Part shown: in pieces, positions 58,821 to 64,000 of the stretch | Layout of the letters: each line of letters opens with the position of its first letter | Numbering within the stretch: position 1 is the stretch's first letter | Assembly (NCBI GenBank): GCA_025353485.1 | Contig: JANXQO010000036.1 | Span: 9,346-73,345 of the forward strand | Direction of reading: 5' to 3' | Length of the DNA stretch: 64,000 bases | From: Chitinophagales bacterium | GTDB taxonomy: Bacteria; Bacteroidota; Bacteroidia; Chitinophagales; Chitinophagaceae | Position numbers and translations under genes: made by a program | The notes under the pieces: generated by a model | What the model saw: only the letters and a program-made list of their open reading frames with translations | Databases searched by the model: none | What the model was told of the DNA's origin: nothing

Positions 58821-60503
58821 ATGAAAATTTTTCTTGCACAGCAGAATTATCATATCGGAAATTTTGAAAGCAATATCGCCAAAATCATTGATGCCATCAA
58901 TATTGCAAAAGCTAAAAATGCTGATCTTATTGTATTCAGTGAACTCTGTATTTGCAGCTATGCGCCTAAAGATTTTTTAGAGTTCAAAGATTTTATTGAT
59001 AAATGTTACCATGCAATTGATGTAATAAAACAACATGCTGATACCATCGGCGTGTTGGTTGGCGCACCTGATAAAAATCCGGAAAGAGAAGGCAAAGATC
59101 TTTTTAACGGCGCTTTTCTTTTGTATGAAAAAGAAATAAAAGCAGATGCGCACAAAACCTGTTTGCCCAATTATGATGTGTTTGATGAGTATCGCTATTT
59201 TGAGCCTGCCTTTACATGGGATGTGATGAAATTTAAAGGGAAGCGCCTGGCAGTAACTATTTGCGAAGACATCTGGAATTTAGGTAACAATCCTTTGTAC
59301 AGAATTTGCCCAATGGATATTTTGATGAAGCAAAACCCGGATGTGATGATAAATCTTTCTGCATCTCCGTTTGATTATACGCATGATGAAGACAGAAAGG
59401 CAACCATTAAGTCAAATGTTATAAAATATAAAATTCCTCTTTTTTATTGCAACGCAATTGGCGCACAAACTGAAGTAGTATTTGATGGCGCTTCACTTGT
59501 GTTTGATAAAGAGGGAAATCTTTGCAAACAATTTCCCCAGTTCAAGGAACATCTTGAAGAAATAATTTTAAATGATGACGGAACAATTGATGCACCTGTT
59601 ATTGAACCGGCGCAAGCCATGCCTGATCAGCTTTTGGAGCCGATACAGTTTACTGAAACATTGAACATTGCACAAATACACGACGCATTAATTCTTGGTA
59701 TCAGAGATTATTTTACCAAGATGGGATTTAGCAAAGCAATTGTAGGCAGCAGTGGCGGTATTGACAGCGCTGTAACTGTTGCGCTTGCCTGCACAGCATT
59801 GGGTTGTGAAAATGTAAGAGCTGTTTTAATGCCTTCTCAATATTCAACGGCACACTCCATTGATGATGCTGAAAAACTGAGTACGAACATTGGCAATCCT
59901 TATGATATTATCCCTATAAAAAATATTTATGAAGATTTTTTAAAAGAACTAAAACCTGTTTTTAAAGATCTTCCATTCAGTGTTGCCGAAGAAAATATTC
60001 AAAGCCGTACAAGAGGAAATTTATTGATGGCGATTGCCAATAAGTTTGGATATATCTTATTGAATACTTCCAACAAGAGCGAACTGGCAACGGGTTACGG
60101 AACTTTATATGGGGATATGGCAGGAGGCTTAGGTGTTCTGGGCGATTGTTATAAACTGCAGGTGTATGAACTGGCAAAATATATAAACAGGGACAAAGAG
60201 ATCATACCAAATAACATCATAAACAAAGCGCCATCTGCAGAATTACGACCTGACCAGAAAGACAGTGACAGCCTTCCTGAATATGCAGTGCTTGATAAAA
60301 TATTGTATCAATACATTGAAAGGACACAAGGCCCCGACCAGATAAAAGATCAGGGATTTGATGCAGCTTTGGTTGACAGGGTATTAAAAATGGTGAACAT
60401 TAATGAATACAAACGCAACCAGTTTTGTCCTATCATCCGTGTTTCACCAAAAGCATTTGGTGTTGGTAGAAGAGTGCCTATTGTTGGGAAGTATTTGAGT
60501 TGA
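58821..60503 (+). CDS. nadE: Glutamine-dependent NAD+ synthetase
   Basis: N-terminal CN-hydrolase domain (…FSELCICSY…ICEDIW…) plus the NAD synthase domain with SGGIDSAV. Confidence 0.9.
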   Translation: MKIFLAQQNYHIGNFESNIAKIIDAINIAKAKNADLIVFSELCICSYAPKDFLEFKDFIDKCYHAIDVIKQHADTIGVLVGAPDKNPEREGKDLFNGAFLLYEKEIKADAHKTCLPNYDVFDEYRYFEPAFTWDVMKFKGKRLAVTICEDIWNLGNNPLYRICPMDILMKQNPDVMINLSASPFDYTHDEDRKATIKSNVIKYKIPLFYCNAIGAQTEVVFDGASLVFDKEGNLCKQFPQFKEHLEEIILNDDGTIDAPVIEPAQAMPDQLLEPIQFTETLNIAQIHDALILGIRDYFTKMGFSKAIVGSSGGIDSAVTVALACTALGCENVRAVLMPSQYSTAHSIDDAEKLSTNIGNPYDIIPIKNIYEDFLKELKPVFKDLPFSVAEENIQSRTRGNLLMAIANKFGYILLNTSNKSELATGYGTLYGDMAGGLGVLGDCYKLQVYELAKYINRDKEIIPNNIINKAPSAELRPDQKDSDSLPEYAVLDKILYQYIERTQGPDQIKDQGFDAALVDRVLKMVNINEYKRNQFCPIIRVSPKAFGVGRRVPIVGKYLS

Positions 60504-60599
60504 AAGACTGAATTAAGCATATCCATTTACTGCAATTTGAGAGAATGTTTTTTTTGTCAAATTAATTTTTAAATTGAAATAACAGTTTCCTCCATCCAT

Positions 60600-60712
60600 G
60601 ACAATAATAATTTGATGCATCGTACCGGATATTAATGATAGCATTGGCGCCTCTTTCATTAGCGTTTTGAATCATGTGCTGAAAAACTTGTTAGCTCTGG
60701 ACTTTTTGTCGG
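60600..60712 (-). pseudogene. Decayed 3' fragment of a ybjQ-family gene
   Basis: Minus strand reads QVFQHMIQNANERGANAIINIRYDAS…, versus EAFQAMIQHANERGANAIINIRYDAN in the intact gene 793 bp away. DNA identity is roughly 80% by eye over about 90 nt. The 5' two-thirds is missing. Confidence 0.75.
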
Positions 60713-60852
60713 GTAGTTTTAAAGTCTGCCATGGCTTTTTTAATTTCCTCAAAATAGCGCTTCTTGTCTGTGTTATACAAGATGCTTAATTCTTCTCTCA
60801 CCTTACGCATAAAATCTACTGCTTTAAAATTTTTTTCAATTTTCGTTTTCAT
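60691..60852 (-). CDS. Small hypothetical protein, 53 aa (candidate partner of the PIN gene)
   Basis: MKTKIEKNFKAVDFMRKVREELSILYNTDKKRYFEEIKKAMADFKTTRQKVQS*. Its start overlaps the PIN reading frame by 17 nt. It is below the ORF-track cutoff. Confidence 0.45.
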   Translation of the reverse strand: MKTKIEKNFKAVDFMRKVREELSILYNTDKKRYFEEIKKAMADFKTTRQKVQS

Positions 60853-61295
60853 ATGTTACTTCTTTAGGTGTCCTGATATCAATTGTGGAATATCCAAATT
60901 TAAGATTTATTGAATTGTATTGTTTTATGCGAAAAAAATTTACCATGTGTCTAAAATTCCAGCTTACTAAGCTGTCCACTTTCAAAATTGTTGCAATAGC
61001 AATATGTTGAGCATCTGATTCATAATTTTGGTGTCAAAGCGCCTTCTTCAATATAATGCTGTGCTAGAATATCCTGTTCCCCGGTTAAAGAAACTAATTC
61101 CAAAAAAGAATCAGGAATAGATTCAGTCAGTTGCCTAACACTTAACGGAGCGGATACCAATTCCCGTAAGGTTACATCAGAAAGAACAATTGTAAATCGT
61201 CCCTGTCTTGCCTGTTCCAAAAAAGGAATCGTCCACTCTTCAAATTCTTCATCTTCATGCCCTCCCCAAACAGATGTATCCACATAAAATTTCAT
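60836..61295 (-). pseudogene. PIN-domain (VapC-like) gene interrupted by a frameshift
   Basis: The N-terminal half, MKFYVDTSV… (61020-61295), stops at TGA. The +1 frame continues NYESDAQHIAIATILKVDSLVSWNFRHMVN…IRTPKEV… to 60836. Adding one A to the AAAA run at about 61025-61028 fuses the two halves. Confidence 0.7.
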
Positions 61296-61320
61296 ATCAT
61301 AAACTTAAATAAATATTTCC

Positions 61321-61344
61321 ATCACTCTTACATCATACCTCACA
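61321..61344. repeat. Family D repeat, diverged copy abutting the ybjQ stop
   Basis: ATCACTCTTACATCATACCTCACA, compared with ATACTTCTTACATCGTAC in the other copies. Confidence 0.4.
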
Positions 61345-61672
61345 CATTCACCACCTGTACTGCAGTGCCGTAACACAAAACTTCTGTAACACCCGCCATC
61401 ACTTCATTGGCATCATAGCGGATATTAATGATAGCATTGGCTCCTCTTTCATTGGCATGTTGTATCATGGCTTGAAAAGCCTCTTCTCTTGCTCTTTCGC
61501 ATAGCTCAACATAAATGGTAATTTTTCCTCCTACCAATGATTGCAAACCTGCGCCGATATTTCCGAATATATTTCTTGATCTTACTGTAATGCCACGCAC
61601 AACACCTAAGTGTTTGGTGATCTTATAACCTTCAAGCTGGTTACTTGCTGTAATTAGTTGTTGGTCTACCAT
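61340..61672 (-). CDS. ybjQ: YbjQ-family (UPF0145) protein
   Basis: 110 aa. …GYKITKHLGVVRGITVRSRNIFGNIGAGLQSLVGG…ANAIINIRYD… is typical of UPF0145. Confidence 0.85.
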   Translation of the reverse strand: MVDQQLITASNQLEGYKITKHLGVVRGITVRSRNIFGNIGAGLQSLVGGKITIYVELCERAREEAFQAMIQHANERGANAIINIRYDANEVMAGVTEVLCYGTAVQVVNV

Positions 61673-61797
61673 AACTTATATTTTAGCGTTAAAATTAACA
61701 TAGTTTTCCTGTTGGCGGTTGCATGGCAGCATTTTTGTTTACGGGTACTTCGTATTTTGCAGCCCGAAAAGTTTTTTAACCGCATTAATTTTTTATT

Positions 61798-62799
61798 ATG
61801 CTACAAACAGCAGAAGATATTCGTTTACTTAACGAAAGAATAACCCACTCCGCCACCTTTATTGATAAGATACATGATGAAATAGGGAAGGTGATCGTAG
61901 GGCAAAATCATATGATAGAAAGATTGTTGATAGGCCTTTTAAGCAATGGGCATATTTTATTAGAAGGTGTTCCGGGCCTGGCAAAAACGCTTTCCATAAA
62001 ATCGCTTGCACAAACCATCAATGCAAAATTCAGCAGGATACAATTTACCCCTGATCTTTTGCCTGCGGATGTTACCGGCACAATGATATACAACCAGCAA
62101 AAAAATGAATTCGTTGTTCGCAAAGGTCCCATCTTTGCTAATTTTATTTTGGCAGATGAAATTAACCGTGCGCCTGCAAAAGTGCAAAGCGCTTTATTAG
62201 AAGCTATGCAGGAAAGACAGGTAACTATCGGGAACAGTTCTTACAATCTTGAAGAACCATTTCTTGTTCTGGCAACACAAAACCCGATTGAGCAGGAAGG
62301 AACATATCCTTTACCCGAAGCGCAGGTTGACAGGTTTATGTTGAAGGTGATAATAGATTATCCTACAAAATCAGAAGAGCAAAATATTATTCGGCAAAAC
62401 GTGCAGGGTATGAAACAGGCTTTGATAAATCCTGTTGTTGCTACGCAGGAAATTTTAACTGCAAGGGAATTGGTACGGCAGGTTTACATGGATGAAAAAG
62501 TTGAACATTATATTTTAGATATTGTTTTTGCCACCCGTTATCCTGAAAAATATAATCTTCCCAAACTTAAGCCCCTCATAAGTTTTGGAGGTTCGCCCCG
62601 GGCAAGTATCAATCTTGCATTGGCGGCAAAAGCATATGCTTACTTAAACAAGCGTGGCTATGTTATTCCTGAAGATGTTAGAAATATCTGCAGGGATGTT
62701 TTACGTCATCGCATTGGATTAACTTATGAGGCCGAAGCAGAAAATGTAAGTGTTGAAATGATAATTGGGGAGATTTTGAAAGTGGTAAATGTGCCGTAA
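61798..62799 (+). CDS. MoxR-family AAA+ ATPase
   Basis: Walker A LLEGVPGLAKT and Walker B/sensor ILADEINRAPAKVQSALLEAMQE. 333 aa, followed by a DUF58 gene. Confidence 0.9.
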   Translation: MLQTAEDIRLLNERITHSATFIDKIHDEIGKVIVGQNHMIERLLIGLLSNGHILLEGVPGLAKTLSIKSLAQTINAKFSRIQFTPDLLPADVTGTMIYNQQKNEFVVRKGPIFANFILADEINRAPAKVQSALLEAMQERQVTIGNSSYNLEEPFLVLATQNPIEQEGTYPLPEAQVDRFMLKVIIDYPTKSEEQNIIRQNVQGMKQALINPVVATQEILTARELVRQVYMDEKVEHYILDIVFATRYPEKYNLPKLKPLISFGGSPRASINLALAAKAYAYLNKRGYVIPEDVRNICRDVLRHRIGLTYEAEAENVSVEMIIGEILKVVNVP

Positions 62800-62803
62800 A
62801 AGA

Positions 62804-62829
62804 CCCCTCTATCTCCCTAACGGGAGAGG
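62804..62829. repeat. Family E hairpin repeat directly after the moxR stop
   Basis: CCCCTCTATCTCCCTAACGGGAGAGG with stem TCTCCC/GGGAGA. It has the same family and the same post-stop position as the copy at 11090-11117. Confidence 0.65.
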
Positions 62830-62831
62830 TC

Positions 62832-62966
62832 CATTAAGTTAAGGATTTGTACTTGAATATTGAGTGTTAAATATTGTTTATTGAGTGTTTTTTAAGTTCG
62901 AATATTCAAAACTCAAAATATTCAATAATCAATGTTCAAGTGAAACGCAATGTCTTAACTTAATGA
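62832..62966. repeat. About 135-nt imperfect long hairpin (MITE-like) with terminal inverted repeats CATTAAGTTAAG / CTTAACTTAATG
   Basis: The 12-nt termini are perfectly complementary. The inner arms ACTTGAATATTGAGTGTTAAATATT and AATATTCAATAATCAATGTTCAAGT pair at about 80%. TATTGAGTGTT occurs twice internally. Confidence 0.6.
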
Positions 62967-63028
62967 CATTGCCCAACGGGGGAGGACATGGAGAAAACTG
63001 AAAAGAGATAAATAATATAAATTTTTTT

Positions 63029-63097
63029 AAATCTCATAAATCTATTAATCCCCGCCTGAATAACTCAGTCGGGCAGGCAAGAAATCATAGTTCAGAC
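63029..63097. repeat. Family C repeat copy (reverse orientation) split by a GC-rich hairpin, abutting the DUF58 start
   Basis: AAATCTCATAAATCTATTAATC-[CCCGCCTGAATAACTCAGTCGGGCAGGC]-AAGAAATCATAGTTCAGACA, followed by AA and the ATG at 63100. Confidence 0.6.
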
Positions 63098-63099
63098 AA

Positions 63100-63969
63100 A
63101 TGCTTAGCATCGCCGAAATACAAAAAAAAGTAAAAGAGCTTGAGATAAAAAGCAGAAAGCTTACTACACATATGTTTACAGGTGAGTATCATTCTGCTTT
63201 CAAAGGTCGTGGTATGAGTTTTAGGGAAGTTAGAGAATATTCTCACGGTGATGATGTACGATTTATTGACTGGAATGTAAGTGCAAGATATTCTCATCCT
63301 TTTACAAAAGTTTTTGAAGAAGAAAGAGAGCTTACGGTTATTTTATTGGTAGATGTTAGTGCCAGCTCTTTATTTGGAACTACGCTACAGCGAAAGAAAG
63401 ATATGATTACGGAAATTGGTGCTGTACTAACTTTCAGCGCCGTAAATAATAATGATAAAGTAGGTGTGATATTTTTTAGTGATAAGGTTGAACAATATAT
63501 TCCTCCCAAAAAAGGTAAACAACATGCATTGTATATTGTTAGAGAATTGCTCACATCGCAGCCTAAACGTAAAGGCACAAACTTAAATGAAGCAATTAAA
63601 TACTTCAATCGTTCTTCAAAACAAAAAAGTATTGCTTTTATTATGAGCGATTTTTTGGATGATAAGTATGATGATAATTTAAGAGTGATTGGCAGCAGGC
63701 ATGATGTAATAGGTTTGAAAGTGTATGATAAAATGGATATGCAATTGCCGGAAATAGGGATGGTGCAGGTGCAGGATCTTGAAACCGGCAAAACCAAATG
63801 GCTTGATACAAATGATAAGATGGTACAATATAATTACCAGCAATATTTTTTAGAGCAAAGCGCTGTTTGTAAAGCAATATTCAGAAAGGCAGGAGCTGAG
63901 CTTTTGCATATTCGTACGGATGAAGATTATGTAAAAATTTTACAACAATTTTTTATCAGGAGAGGATAG
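63100..63969 (+). CDS. DUF58 (vWA-like) protein, MoxR-operon partner
   Basis: …EYSHGDDVRFIDWNVSAR… and …ILLVDVSASS… motifs are typical of DUF58 proteins downstream of MoxR ATPases. Confidence 0.85.
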   Translation: MLSIAEIQKKVKELEIKSRKLTTHMFTGEYHSAFKGRGMSFREVREYSHGDDVRFIDWNVSARYSHPFTKVFEEERELTVILLVDVSASSLFGTTLQRKKDMITEIGAVLTFSAVNNNDKVGVIFFSDKVEQYIPPKKGKQHALYIVRELLTSQPKRKGTNLNEAIKYFNRSSKQKSIAFIMSDFLDDKYDDNLRVIGSRHDVIGLKVYDKMDMQLPEIGMVQVQDLETGKTKWLDTNDKMVQYNYQQYFLEQSAVCKAIFRKAGAELLHIRTDEDYVKILQQFFIRRG

Positions 63970-64000
63970 CAGGTGATTAATAATATGAGAATGAAAAGAA

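Noticed and set aside
63294-63877. Minus-strand ORFs 63294-63797 and 63641-63877 inside the DUF58 gene
   Set aside because: They are antisense to a CDS with clear DUF58 motifs, and their translations are low-complexity.

Overview
This window looks like a chromosomal segment of an AT-rich Bacteroidota genome (by eye about mid-30s % G+C, Chitinophagia/Sphingobacteriia-like). The lineage call rests on gldKLMN plus gldB, a DUF4271-hemD-Omp85 neighbourhood, TAnnTTTG-type -7 boxes and little Shine-Dalgarno signal. Content is mostly housekeeping: gyrB, B12-dependent class II ribonucleotide reductase, acpP-fabF-rnc, gpsA, hemW, uvrC, gpmI, nadC, nadE, dtd, yciH and apaG. It also holds the T9SS/gliding core, a cobalamin riboswitch in front of a BtuB-like TonB-dependent receptor, and one tRNA-Arg(CCG). 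Other genes include a PAS-rich HisKA_3 kinase with a LuxR-type response regulator, a TolC/adaptor pair with no adjacent pump, an ECF sigma module, and the start of a MoxR-DUF58 (Bat-like) operon. I found no CRISPR array, transposase, integrase, prophage or recognisable multi-gene defence island, and I cannot point to a large novel system with confidence. The observations most worth a second look are these. (1) At least five families of short dispersed repeats fill the intergenic spacers. Some sit in frame inside conserved genes (dtd twice, the YyaL-like gene, the hemW 3' end), inside the riboswitch, or supply start or stop codons. (2) An AmgK-like sugar kinase is fused to a RapZ C-terminal-like domain and translationally coupled to a MurU-like nucleotidyltransferase. 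(3) A frameshifted PIN gene plus an overlapping 53-aa ORF is bracketed by an intact ybjQ gene and a decayed copy of its 3' part, which looks like an insertion scar. (4) Two tandem paralogous 34/36-aa membrane peptides fall below the ORF-track cutoff. (5) A more G+C-rich AAA/DUF4143 ATPase gene is flanked by direct copies of one hairpin. All homology calls come from motif recognition by eye, and no database search was run.
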